Assembly: GCF_009914755.1 (NCBI RefSeq)
Contig: NC_060944.1
Source: the human T2T-CHM13v2.0 reference genome, Homo sapiens
Reading direction: 5' to 3' (one strand)
DNA: 64,000 nucleotides
Shown: positions 29,807 through 44,590 of the stretch, in pieces
Position numbering within the stretch: position 1 is the stretch's first letter
How the letters are laid out: the number at the start of each line of letters is the position of its first letter
Made by a program: the position numbers and the translations under genes
The notes under the pieces: generated by a model
What the model was told of the DNA's origin: nothing
Databases searched by the model: none
What the model saw: the letters and a program-made list of their open reading frames with translations, nothing else

Positions 29807-30654
29807 TCCTCATGCCACATGGAATCTATACTGGCTATCTTTTCATTTCTTGCCTTTCAGTTTCTACATGGAGTGGGATTGTGCAGCATTCTGAGTTCTG
29901 TTTTACTGGTTTTGTTTTTTAAACAAACACTCACATTCTCAGCCTAATGAGAAGGAACATTAAGCAGATAGAGATAGAAGCTAGGGTGGAACGGGACAAA
30001 CCACTGGTCCTCCAGGGTGAAGCTGGAGCAACACTGAGTGCTAAACAAAAGTTACTAATTCAATGAGTTTCGGAAATGATTGGGAAGAAATTACTGGAGA
30101 CTCTAGATTACAGCTTTTGAAAAATCAGCTATCAGTAAAAAATTAGTAGCAACCTTGGGGATTCTCATGAATCTAATCAATACTTGAATTAAATAACAAA
30201 ATTGAAAGACATTTGAGGAAAAGGATAGATAAAGGACCATGTTTTGAGAAAAGCACAGATAAATAAAAGATGGAGAACCTTCTTGGTAAAGTTCTGTAAT
30301 AGATCTTTCCTAAAAAGTAAAAATTTTTTTCCTCGTTAAAACTTTTTCAAGTGCTTTGGCCTGTGACATTCTCCCTCCCCCTCACACCCACACTCATTGA
30401 AATTTACTTTTTTTTTCAACATTTGTCCAAGGACAACGTTATGTAAATTTCTCTTTAGAATACACAAATGGGATTTTAAAACTCTTCAAAGGGAATTGAA
30501 TGAAAAGGGTCTCAGTAAATAGCACTATTGGTCTGTTATCAGAGGGACACAGAGAAAAAAAAGAGAGAGACAAGGACTGTCATTAGTATCTGATGGCAGT
30601 TAGCCCAATGTCACAGGCAACCTTACCATGTCTTAAGAAGAATAAAAAACTCTT

Positions 30655-31456
30655 TCTTTTTTTAAATACAATTTTCATTTTGAAATAAGTATATATTCAC
30701 CACGAGTTGCAAGAAAATGTACAGAGGGGTCTGCTGCACTCTTTTTCCAATATTAACATTTTGCATAACTATAGTCAATAATCAAAACCAGAAAATAGAC
30801 ATTTTTTCAGTTATACATGAACCCGTTTTTGTGTGTGGGTGTGTGTATGCATGAATGTGTCCTGTGCAATTTTATCATAATTTGTAGGTTTGTGTAACCA
30901 CCACCAGATACGGAAGCTACCCCTTTATAGCCATTTTCCCCTTCATTCCAAACACCTGGCAACCACTAATTTGTTCATTTCTATAATTTTATTTCAAACG
31001 TGATGTATAAATGAAATCATACAGTCTATATAACCTTTTGGTGATTAGCTGTCATTATTCAGTATAATTTTCTGGGGTCTATCTAAGTCATTGCTTGTAT
31101 CAGTAGTATGTATTTTTTTAAATTGCTGAGCAGTATTTCATAGTATCTATGCATCACATTTGTATAACAATCCACCCATTGAAAGATCTCTGCGTTGTTT
31201 CCATTTTTGGCAGTTACAAACGAAGTTGCTATCAACATTCATGCATAAGCTTTTGTATAAACATACTCCTTTATTTTTCTATCTATAATAAATATCTAAG
31301 AGTATAATTGCTAGACTGTATGTTTAGAGAATTTTTAGTTTCATTAGAAGCTGCCAAACTATTTTTCAAAGTAACTGTGCCATCTTACATTCTTATGGGA
31401 ATGTATTCCCCCTATTTGGTATGGTCATTTTTTTACTTTAGCCATTCTGATAGGTT
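30655..31456 (-). mobile_element. L1MB-type 3' end
   Basis: TTTTGAAATAAGTATATATTCAC...GTTGCAAGAAAATGTACAGAG ... GCTGCCAAACTATTTTTCAAAGT ... TTTAGCCATTCTGATAGG. Confidence 0.8.
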
Positions 31457-32310
31457 TTAGAAAGGTACCTATGCTTGCCTATTGAGTTCATTCAAGTTCT
31501 AGTGTTTCACTAAGAAATAAGTATCTAGAATTAATTGGATGTGCTAGATTGAAAAGTAAATGACTAGAATAACAATAAAGTTAAGAAAAACCATCAACAT
31601 CGTATGGGATATCGCTTATAAAAATTCATAGATATGTAAGAATATATTCTGAAAAATGCCACTTAACAGAGATATAATCCAGCTTTATTTTTAGTTATTG
31701 ATGTGATATTTGAATGAATTTATAACAAGGAATGTTAGGTTTTCTCTTTAACTTGAATGTGCTTTTTTTATTTTTATAGAAAAATTCTATCAGGATAACT
31801 GAACTTTCTACATGTTTCTTCCTGTAGTTTGAATGCTATACAGTTTTTTTTTATTTTGCTGTGGTTACTTTTATATTTTAAACATGGTTTATTTATGTGA
31901 CAAAATCTAGTGTTGACCAACATCTCAATCCTCCTGCAAATCAATATGAGGAACTATAAAAATGGCTAATCAAGTAACTTCCATCTTTCACGCTTTTGTT
32001 TTTTAGTTTATCCTTGATTTCAAGTGAAACAAATTAGTAAACATACAGTAATTGTTATATACATTGCTGTATATTAACCACTTTGAATCTTTTTAAAATT
32101 TTTACATTACTTTGCATCTTGACCCTATTACTTTTTATCTGAGTTCATGTTTCTTTTTTATTTCTAGAGTTTTCATTTAGTCCTTTTAAAAGTATGTGTT
32201 CCTTATTCATACAATCGCTGTTTTTTCAATATATTTATTTCTACTTTTAGCTCTTTAAACATTTAAAATACGTTTCTTTTGTAGACTTCTAGAGTGTTTT
32301 ATAATTTCTT

Positions 32311-32617
<307 letters not shown>

Positions 32618-33904
32618 TAATTTCTTATTTTTCGGGTGCTGATTTTCCTATTGGTTACTTCTAGTGATACTCCCAGTTACTACCAATGATGGTGAGTTTC
32701 CTTTTACAATTTGTAGTTTTTAACAGCAAGCTCCTCTTTGATAGGGACTTGGGTTGTGGATGTGTCCGTACATCAGCCAGTGTCATAATAGCTTCATGGT
32801 TTGGACCAATATCCTGGAATAGCATTTTCCTAAGTTGCTTGGGATACAAATTCACATCCTATACTTATACATTATCTAGACTAGTTCTAATGTGACTTTG
32901 AGCCTTGATTTTTACTAAGAGATCAAGATAGATTTTTTTTAAAAAATACCATTTTTCTGGGCCAGCAGATAGAATTTTTAGTACTCCTTTCACTTAAAAA
33001 ATAATTAATAAATATCATTTATTATGGAATGCTTAAAAGGGCAGATATGGAGCTAATTTATGGATCCTTTGATTAATACCTTGTAGTTTTATAACATTGA
33101 TTTAGTATGTGGTAAGCTCAAGGCCAGAGACAAAAATTTTGTTTTCTTTGCATAGAAATAATCATCACCAATTAAGGACATATTATGTGGAAGATATTAT
33201 TCTGGGCACATTAAATACATTGCTACTTACCTTTATATCACATACTCAAGCTGGTTATTATTCTTTCATTTAACGTTTAAACAAAAACCCAAATAGGACA
33301 TATACCATGGCTATGTTCACATACTTTGCTCACTTCTCACTGAAAAGAGACTAAGATTTTGTAAAATGTTATATTTTTAAAAAATGATTCCCTATTCAAA
33401 AAACATAGGAAACGTTGAAAGCACTATTATTTACTTGATCTTCTGAGTTCTGATCTTCTCTCTCATAGATATGCAATAATCTCCAGCACATTCAATGTAC
33501 CAACCCAAAGTTTCGAATTTTTTTTAATGTAACACCTATAATATCCCCTGAAACTCTAAAGCTAGCAATTAGAATAACTCATTTTCGGAAATTCTGTGGG
33601 TTTTTTTTTCCATTCTTTCTCAAAATTCTGTGATATTGAAAGGGCAGGCTGATATTAAATTAAAAAAAAAATGTAAAACTGAGGGTAAGAAACTTGTGAG
33701 ACAATGGCAGTCTTTGAATGAAATCCCAGGACTCCAGAGAGCTAGCTTGGAGCTACCTCTGCTTCTTAATGCTTAGCAGCAATATTTATTGAGCGTATAA
33801 TACACATAAATAAACTTATTTAAAAATGGCCAACTGAAATTTTCTTGCATATTGTGAGAATTTAGGGTAGTAGTGGGGAATTACAAATCAAAGTTTCAAG
33901 ACAT

Positions 33905-34816
<912 letters not shown>

Positions 34817-35072
34817 GATATCAAAATGGTAACTAACACAGAGATCAATACAAAGGTTTGCGTAGACCGATGGAGAAAGTACTCTAGTAGGTGCATATAG
34901 CATTTAGTACCTTGAGAAATAGAGAAGACATAAATAGATTATAGTGAAATAAGAGGCAGTTTGAAACATTTCCCTTTCATTCTAAAAATGACACATGTTC
35001 AGCATAGAAGACATGAAAAATTCAGGGACGTACGCAAAAGAATTTTCTTAAACTTTAAATTAGGACAATATT

Positions 35073-35287
35073 ATAGGTATTAGTTTGTAATGTGTTTTTC
35101 TCACTTATAATTTATCTAGTTTTCAATAATTTCTCACCATATGTTTAAAAACATTAAACATATGGTGAGAAATTATTGTTTTTAAACATATTGTAAGAAA
35201 TTATTAATGTTTTTAAACATATTGAAGAAATTACTGAAAACTAGAGAAATTATAAGTGAGAAAATTATATTACAAACTAGTACCTAT
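35073..35287. repeat. AT-rich nested inverted repeat (palindrome)
   Basis: Arms 35073-35157 and 35204-35287 about 89% complementary; perfect 25-bp stem 35124-35148 / 35154-35178. Confidence 0.95.
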
Positions 35288-35815
35288 TAGTTTAGGTATT
35301 CACGTTGAAAACAGGAAGAAACAAACATGTTGTGAGAAATTATTAAAAACTTATAACTTAGTTGTCATGCAATGGCAATTTCATGCTTAATATTCTTGTT
35401 TTATAGACTTATTCTTTCAACAAACATTTTCTAAGCCCTTTCCATAGGGAAGGTGAGAATGGACACTAAGCATGTAGGGCTTGAATTTGCTCCTTGTCAT
35501 CGTGGAGATTTTAGCTACTGGAAGAAATTGGGCATTAAACAGTCAAATGAAACCATAAATATGCAATTACAATGAACAAAAAATATTGAGAAGTGAGTGC
35601 ACTACATGCTAGGTTGGATAAAGAAAGAGGAAGGCAGAGTGCTAGAAAACGGACGTGAAGGATAAGAACGAATAGCTCTATGAAGTGATGGGGCTCAGAA
35701 TTTGAGGAAGAGGTAATTGGATTTGTGAAGGCTCTCAAATAGGTCAGTTAAATGGATAGAAGTAAGTGTGCAGAGTACTAGGATGAGGGAAGAAGAGTCG
35801 GCAGGGGCCAATTAA

Positions 35816-36292
<477 letters not shown>

Positions 36293-36404
36293 TAGAATAA
36301 ATTATCTCAAGTAAAATAGATGGGCCAGAGTTTGCCCTTTTTAAGGTTGTGATACACAGGGTCCTACATAACTGTTATCCAGATTTAGCTTTAGCCTTCT
36401 TCCT

Positions 36405-36510
36405 TCACTAGCTCCCTTCCTCTTTCCCTCTCTTCCTTCTTTCTTGTTTTTCCTTTCTTGATCTTTTCTCTTTCTTCCTCTTCCTCCTCTCCATCTTTAT
36501 TTCATCTTTT
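36405..36510. repeat. Polypyrimidine (CT-rich) low-complexity tract
   Basis: About 100 nt almost entirely C/T. Confidence 0.8.
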
Positions 36511-37711
36511 TCATTATTTTAATATGAAAATATTTCATATTTTAATCAGAAGATTAAATTTAATAAATGTAATAGGAAGAAATTAGCTTTGTTTTGCAGA
36601 CATGACAATATTGGTATCCTTAAAGTTTCCTTCTTTAAAATACCAGTCCCATATTGAACATATATGAAATGTGTCTACTGATGTCCTTGACCCTTTCTCT
36701 TACATTTCTTTATTTTCACTTTTATTTCTCCTGACTTATTTCCCATTGACAATGAAGCGTGGGTGCCTTTGAAAACAGACATCTTGGGGACCTTGGTGGT
36801 TGTATGTCTTCAACGGCCCATACATGGTCTTGGATTGTGCTATTTTAACTGATCCCTAGAGGCTAATGGTTTTCTAAGCCACACACACATTTTTGGAAGA
36901 TCACTGGACAATCCTGCCTGTGCATAAAATATATAAAGGCATCTTAGAGACCCCACAAGAATATTTACTAAAACCCCAGACAGACACATTTCAAGGAGAT
37001 GGGAGTGAGGAACAGGAGGTTTTAGAATTACTACTGACCTGTAGGTATGTTTGCAAAATTGTCTGCTATCTCCCTAAGCTTCCCGTCAAACAAATAATTG
37101 CCTTCCACAATGAAGGGGCTAAACATATTCACATTGGGAGTGTTTGCAGGTGAAACAAGCAATCCTTGGAAGGGAAAAGACAAACTTAGAGAATGTTTGC
37201 TGAAATGTTTGGGAAGCATTTGCCATTGTAGGCAAATTCAGTGTCTGACCTGTATTATTGATTCTTGTGAGCAAATTTGGGAGGGGTAGAGGGTTTTATA
37301 TCTAAGTCAGAGAAACAAAGATTTGTGGTCTGTTGGGTGCTGCATACATGGAACAGATTCCTTCAAAATTATTTAATTCTGGGTAGTTTTTCTTCTTTAA
37401 ATAAACAAAGGAGTTCTATGTCAATGTGAAAACACCCATGTTTGCTATGATGATAGAGTGAGATTCACTAATAGTGTTTTCATTTGATAAAAAGTTGATG
37501 TAATTCTTAGGACAGGAGTGAAAAAGCTTAAGAAATATGATGACCTGTTCTTTACTTAAAATTTAGCCCAGTGATAAATCGTGTGGGTCTGTACTGTCCC
37601 AGGCCTAATACAGGATTAGAAATTGGGGACCTGTCCTCAAGACACTTTACTGCCATCTGCCGGAAAATCTTCATACTAAAACTACAAATCACTGGTGATC
37701 ATGCCACGGAA

Positions 37712-37765
37712 GGCGCCCTCTATGGTTGTGCAAGGTATAACTTGCACGATCACACAGTGACCCTC
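37712..37765 (-). mobile_element. MER91-like (hAT-Tip100) terminal fragment
   Basis: Minus strand AGGGTCAC...GTGCAAGTTATACCTTGCACAACCATAGAGGGCGCC resembles the MER91 start. Confidence 0.45.
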
Positions 37766-39399
37766 TAGGGGATATTACCAGGCATAATTAAAACATCTGG
37801 TAGAGGTTGACACTTAAGACATAGTCAGTGACCTTAAGGCTTTCTATTAGAATGAATTTTGAACTGAGAGGTTTGGATTTCCCCACTGATCCAGGCTGTA
37901 GGTAACATTATTCCATTTTGTGAGGTGCTGATGATTTGAGATGAATTGCACACAGTTTTTCCATATTCAAATATTGACTTATACGAAAGTTGCTGTGGGA
38001 AGGAGAAAAGGATCATGGAGGGTTGGGGTGGGGGTCATCTTTGTCAACACCCCTGCAGAAATCTTGGTTTGTGCTGGCCAACATCTGTGCTAATATATAA
38101 ACTGGAGTTGTTGGCAGCAGGATGGGAAATCTCCAGGAAGACAGCCTCTGCTAACCTTTTTATTTTCCTTTATTAAATGCTAGGCTGGAGGTAACCACAT
38201 AGATCTGAAAATGCCGCCTGGTTTAATTAGCCAAGACTTTCAGGAAGACAAGTAACAAATGACAACTTAATTAAACACAATTAAAACATTTTAGAACTTC
38301 TTGAGGCCTCTTTCAATAGGGCAGTGATTGCAGCATGAGAGGAGGCCATGGAAAGAAAGGCAAGGTGCTTTCATTTTCCTTTTCCTTACTTTTTTGGTCA
38401 CAGCTCCTTTTTTCTCTTCACTATTAGAAATGCAGCTGGATCCTATTTATAATCCATTTTCACATTTGTTTGAATTAAAATCCCAGATTGTTGTGCTTTC
38501 AAGGTTGAATGTGCATGGCAGCCAACATTTATCCAGCCATTTCAGGAGTTACTGGGTAACTGGGCTCCAGGAAGGGAAACCACACCATGCATTTGAGCCA
38601 CAGGGAGGAGAGAGAGAAAACAGACTCACACCTAAAACCTCTGACATCACTGTTGTTTGGAGAGAGATTGTTCTGCTCTGAACATGTGCTCCCTACTTAA
38701 GACTCTAATTACTCTAAATTACTTAAATGGGCCCTAATACCTACGTTTTATTATTTGATATTAAAGAACAAGCCATTTTATGAAGAAATTCATGAAGCAA
38801 TCAAAATATTGGCAACCCATTCTCCCAGTAGAAAGCCTGGACTTGGAAATACCTATGCTTTCTACCCTACCACCTGAATTCTAATCTGAGAGCTGCCGTG
38901 TGCTCTCCCCCAGCCTTTTCCAGTATCCTGTTTATGTCTAAATCCAATAGTCCAGCCATGCCAGCTTGTTACCACATGGAAAACTCCACTGCTCAGAGAA
39001 AGTTATGAATCCCTATATTCTTTATGCTTTAAGATTCACTATGACATCTCAAAGTAATTGGCCAGGTAAACCTACCAGATGGTTTTTGGGGGATGAGGAA
39101 TAGACTAATAATTTCCATTAGCATAATATTGTTATTATAAAGATTTAATGACTTCACTGATGTGGTGTCCTGTCCTGGTGGAAAGTTTATGAGCCAGAAA
39201 TAAAATAATACTTATGGGTACCCATGAGGCTATTTGAAAGAAGTAGTAGAGAGGTTAATGAGATCTCAGGTCCCTAAGGCTCCTAACAGAATGTTCCTAT
39301 TTGAGCTGAGCTAAGTGATATGAGAAGCACAAGGCAGGCTGCACAGGGGGCAAGGGAAGCTCAATGCCAGTCGTGCGTCTGCTGCAACATTGCAAATTG

Positions 39400-39645
39400 G
39401 AATGAGGGCTCTGATCTGGCTTTGGACTGCCTGGATTTCATTCCTGGCGCCATTGTGCACTGATGTGAACACCTTGGGCTTGTTACTTAAGCAATTTGTG
39501 CTGCAGGTTTTCATCTGCAAAATGGATCTAATAGCAGTATGTAATCAGTGGTTGTCTTGAGGAATGAGGCGATCCTCACAAAAGTCTTAGGGCAGTACCA
39601 AGGACATAGTAAACATGTACTGCATATTCACCGTTATTATTTTTA
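39400..39645 (+). mobile_element. MIR
   Basis: GACTGCCTGGATTTCATTCCTGGC...CCTTGGGC..GTTACTTAA...TCATCTGCAAAATGG. Confidence 0.8.
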
Positions 39646-40650
39646 CTAGTCGCAAATCATCAGCCTGTGCTGAACCTTAATTTCCTAATCAGTCAAGTCA
39701 AAGAGGTTGGCCTAATTCTGAAATTCTGTGATTCTATAAGCCAGAATCCTGATATAATTAAAAACTATTCTGTTTTGAAATTTGAATGTGGGCTCTGTTC
39801 TTTGCGACCCATCACCAGACTTTGGAAACAAAGTGTATTGTACAACAAGTGTTAACTATTAGAATCAGAGTTCTGGGGAAGGGCCGTTGAGGGAGGAAGA
39901 GGCTCCTACCTTGCAGACAGAAGGAATGGTGATAGTCATAACTTGTACTTGTGGTAACTTGTTTGGGAGGTCATTAGTCTCCTTTGTCTAGGGGTCATGG
40001 AGAGGAGAAAACGTGGTTATTTTCTATAGGGGCTTAGAAATGGATTATTGAGACTGGTCATCCTTAGTTATCAGATGCAAGAACATATCCTTCTCCTCTG
40101 ACAAGGAAGTATCTTCCTCCATTTTCCTCTCTTTTTACAGAAAAGGAGAGGATACTTTTGGAAATACAGGGCAATGAATCAGGTGGTTGCTGCTTCTAGC
40201 TGGGATAAGTCTTGTATTTCCAGCCCTACCAGTTGCCTGTGCCTAGTAGCAAAAATAATACATGCCCCTTGGTTTTACAAGAATTATTTTGGTTTCTAGT
40301 TGTCTGACCGTAATCAGGCAATGTAGTTGAACATGCTCTGGGAATATGATCGAATAATCCATTAGGCCATTGACTTTTCTGTCTTGTATACACAGAGCAA
40401 TTGCTCTTTTCTCCTGTAAGGAAGACAATGTGTCCTTCTTTTTCTTCCCATGTGGCTTCAATACAAAAGTTATCTGTCCCTTTAGTTATAGTTACCTTGG
40501 TGAAAAACATGAATGTTCTTGAGCTTTGCATTAGATCAGCCATATTGAGGAAAACTTTGACCTTCAAATCTTTACACTGTTGAAACAGATGAAGCCAAGC
40601 TCCCTTTGCAAAACCATTTTTTGTTTTGAGGTAAAAACACAGTTGATTTT

Positions 40651-40859
40651 GGCTGGGTGTGGTGGCTCATGCCTGTAATCCCAGCACTTTGGGAGGCCAA
40701 GATGGGTGGATCACAAGGTCAGGAAATCGAGACCATCCTGGCTAACACAGTGAAACCCCATCTCTACTAAAAATACAAAAAATTAACCGGGCATGGTGGC
40801 AGGCGCCTGTAGTCCCAGCGACTGACTCGGGAAGTTGAGGCAGGAGAATGGCGTGAACC
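40651..40859 (+). mobile_element. AluY, 3'-truncated (no tail, no 3' TSD)
   Basis: Y diagnostics; homology stops abruptly after GAATGGCGTGAACC. Confidence 0.93.
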
Positions 40860-41702
40860 TCCTCTGCCAAAAATGCCCTTCTCCTCTTGCCATATGTCTT
40901 GAGTGTGTAGGGACATGGTGTGCCCATAGATAACCCAGGAAGAACTTCCCTCCAAAATCCAAATTCCTAGGAAAGCAACACATTAATAAATGAAGGCAAA
41001 GGTCATTAAAGTTTCTTTTAAGCACATTGCCTGGTTTCCTTGAGGGGCAATGTTGATTTATTTTTCTTATTTTATTTATAAGAAAGCAAATAATTTATGT
41101 GGATAACTTACATATCTTTAAACCACCCGACTTTGTATAAATAGCGTTTCTGTCTTTAGCTGCAGGTGCAGGACTCGGGAATCTCCTCTTTTGAGTACCC
41201 ATTGATTGGCATTTCAGTATTTGCAGTTAGTCCATGTGGTTCCATTGAGGTTAAACACTCAGCCCCATGAAATTCAAGCAGTTCATTTCCTATTCAAACA
41301 AGTTAAATGCAAGAGAGAAAATGAAGATAAATTCCTCAATGGACCAAGATAAGCTGGCTGGGTGAGGAGAAAGATAATTAATCAATCTTAAGCCAGCTCT
41401 GATTCTTCTAGGTTTTATCTTTGCAGCTTTTGGTGGTGACCTTCTATCTCTGAATCTGACTGATTTCTATCTTGCTTTTACACCTAAGGCATTTCAGTAA
41501 CAAGGTCGAAGGGGGTTGGAAGTTGCTCCCAAATAGTCCTTCTGTTGAGTGGATTCCCCTGGGTATGAGGGGAGGCAGGGAAAGATATGTAGCAGGGATG
41601 ACCTTAGAGAGAAGCAGGATGGGGTTCTCTTTGTATGAAACACCAACAATACAAATAATTTCTTACGGAAAACTTATTAGGAACCAAACTTGAGGTCAAC
41701 TG

Positions 41703-41865
41703 GCTCCTTGCTAATCAAAGCGTGTTTGTAAACCGGTGGCATTGATATCATCTCCTGGAAGCTTGTTAGACAAGCAGAGTCTCAGGCCCTGCCCTCCACC
41801 TCCTGAATGAGAATCTGTATTTTCCAAGATCCCCACATGATCTATAATGCACCTGGAAGTTTGAT
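41703..41865. mobile_element. MER5A-like DNA transposon
   Basis: CTGGAAGCTTGTTAGACAAGCAGAGTCTCAGGCCC...CTGAATGAGAATCTGTATTTT.CAAGATCCCCA. Confidence 0.8.
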
Positions 41866-42637
41866 TCTTCTTGAGTCATCGTTGGCTGATGGCCACAGTA
41901 TTTAATATTTGCTGGTCCTCAGACCCTTGATACAAAATTTTGGCATTTGAGGAAAGAGTAGACTATATTAAATAGCTGATTATAGCAAAAAAACTACTAG
42001 TGGTAGAATTGGGAAAGGTAATTTTTATTCCCCCATCTGTCTCTAATCAGCTAGACGGCCTTGAGAAAGTCATTTCACCTGTCTAGGTCTCAGGGTATTG
42101 GTACTGATAACTTCTAATGATTCTGACTACGATATTTAATGGTTGTGTGAATATAGGACTCTTGATATATGGAACGAGAAAAGTTCACTTAAGAATTCGT
42201 TGCACCAAACACTTAGATCAATACTGCATATATAGGGTGAGAATTCTTTCTGTCCATACATTTCAATTTCATAGCTCCCTCCTCTTTCATGTTGCACAAC
42301 CAAATCATCAAGCCCATGGTGGGGCTGCTTGGTTGATTTGTAAAAACCGTTAAAATGGTTGCAGAAATGAAAACTGCAGCCAAATAGCGTGTAGTCCCTC
42401 AAAATGTGACTCAAGAACAAAAAAGTAAAAATGGTTTTGTTTCCAAAAGGGCTGTTGAAACATACAGGTGAACATGTTAAAAACATGGCTGGACCATCAA
42501 ATACTTACGGCTAGATGCTCCAGTGCTTCCAGAACCTGAGACTTGAGTTTCAGCTGGATCTTTCATATACTTTATATAATGTAAACTATAATAAGGCATA
42601 AGGTTCCATGTTTTCAGCTATGGAAATATAGGCAAGA

Positions 42638-42726
42638 ATATATTTATATATGTATATATATATACACATATGTATGTATACATACACAATAATGATATAT
42701 ATAATCTACATATACATATCATACAT
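42638..42726. repeat. (TA)/(CA)-rich degenerate microsatellite
   Basis: Alternating purine-pyrimidine low complexity. Confidence 0.8.
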
Positions 42727-44419
42727 TTTTCTCAAATTTCAAAACACGATTACATCTTATTCAAATGATTCTCAGGAGAATTATTTTTTGCTTGTTAAAG
42801 TTCATGTTATCTATAACCCAATTAAAAGTTTATCGATGAAAACTTTCCCAAACCTATTGAGATTTGGTCATTTGCCTCTAAGATAGCATTTATGTTAGTT
42901 TGATTAGCATCATAATGAGTCATTTATCAACTATCTTACTCATTGGGTTGTAAATTCTTCAAATGCAGGAAAATTGATTATTAATATTTGCCCTATGAGT
43001 GGCTACAGTAGTTCCTGACACATTGCAAGTATATGGCAAGTATTTATTAAATTAAATTGAGTTAGTATTACAGAATATCTTGACTCCTATTGTTGTTTTA
43101 ATTAATTTTTAAACATTTCCAAATTTTTTATTTATGAAACTAAGGCCAAACTACATTTTAGAATAATGACAATAGGATAGGATCTAGAAGATTCAGAAGG
43201 AGTGCAAATCTCTGAAAACAATCTACTGCATGTACTGGAGAAAATTTCAGGAAATTTTTATTCGTTGTACAATTTAAGAAGACACAATTTCCACAAAGCT
43301 GGGACATAGCTTGATAATGAAAAGACAATGGTTGCAAGGAAAAGAAGGTACAATAAGATAAAATTACAAGGAAAATCAAACAACTAACCAAGCTTCAACA
43401 TTAGAAATAAATATTTGCTCCTGTAGGGCAAGTGGTGCTAAGAAATATCTCTAAACTAGAGAACAAATTTGGGAAACACTCTCAGAAGTCAGAGGAAAAG
43501 CCAACAAATTAAAGACGATGAGAAAGTAAGTGATCAATAAGGAGACTAGTGAATAGAGGGATGACTTCAGAAAAACTCTCACTTCCCAAATGAGCCATTG
43601 GGAAAAATAGATCAATAGCAATTTATCAAAAAGATGTTAACTGAGGACTGAGGTTTGCAGAATTATAGAAAGCATCATTTTCCTTCTCGTGAGCAACTAT
43701 CATGTTATAGTCAAAACTGGCACATAGGGCTTATACGTAGCCTCATCTGGGCAAATGTTTCAAAGTGAAAGGACTTTAATTCTGCAAGTATCCAGACATG
43801 GAAGAAGTGTAAAAGGATAGCAGACAAAATCATAAAACTCAGGGTGGCCTCTGGCATCTTATTGATACAAACATTTTCTAAAGATAATTGCATGTGGGCA
43901 ATGGATAGCTTATAAATGAAGAAAATCAAGTTATGAAAATGGATTTATCATTACTTCAAAATAATGAAAGAACTTAAAATAAGTAAAATGTAATCACGAA
44001 ACTATTACGTATTATGGAAGAGAGAAAAACAATGTTGAGATTTGCGAAGTCTGTGATAGCATTAACAACGTTTATGTAAAAGTTAAAAACATAAAATAAA
44101 ATATATGCTTTAACACTCATATACATGAGGTAAAAATTTTAAAAACATATATCAAATGCAGATTAATTTGTAAAAATGCTTGCACATGGAGAAGAACGAG
44201 AGTTAGGGCGAAGAATATAGAAGACGGTGTTTGACTGCTCTGTTTTATTTTAAACACACCTAAAGCACATTTGAACGAATTTTGTTCATTTTTGGATGGC
44301 AGATAAACAGTGTTTGTAATGCTAGCCTTTGCAATTTTCTATACTTGTTCTTAGTTTTAAAAAGAAAAGCAATTATGACAAAATTGAGACATCAGTTACC
44401 ACATCTCAAATTAACAGTA

Positions 44420-44590
44420 TAGGTGTGTGTAAACATGTATATATATGTGTGTGGCTTGTATATGTCTGTGTGTATATTTGTGAATGTATGTATAAATAGA
44501 TGCATATCTATATACACATACATGTATACACACATATATACATATATACACACATATACATAGTCGAACACACACACACACATATATGGA
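44420..44590. repeat. Compound (TG)/(TA)/(CA) low-complexity repeat
   Basis: TG-rich left half, CA-rich right half. Confidence 0.85.

Noticed and set aside
35156-35344. Repeated ~22-nt units resembling a CRISPR array
   Set aside because: Eukaryotic context, irregular short spacing, no unique spacers and no cas genes; better explained by template switching.
44420-44590. Apparent hairpin from TG-rich and CA-rich halves
   Set aside because: Complementarity follows from simple-repeat composition; no specific long stem.
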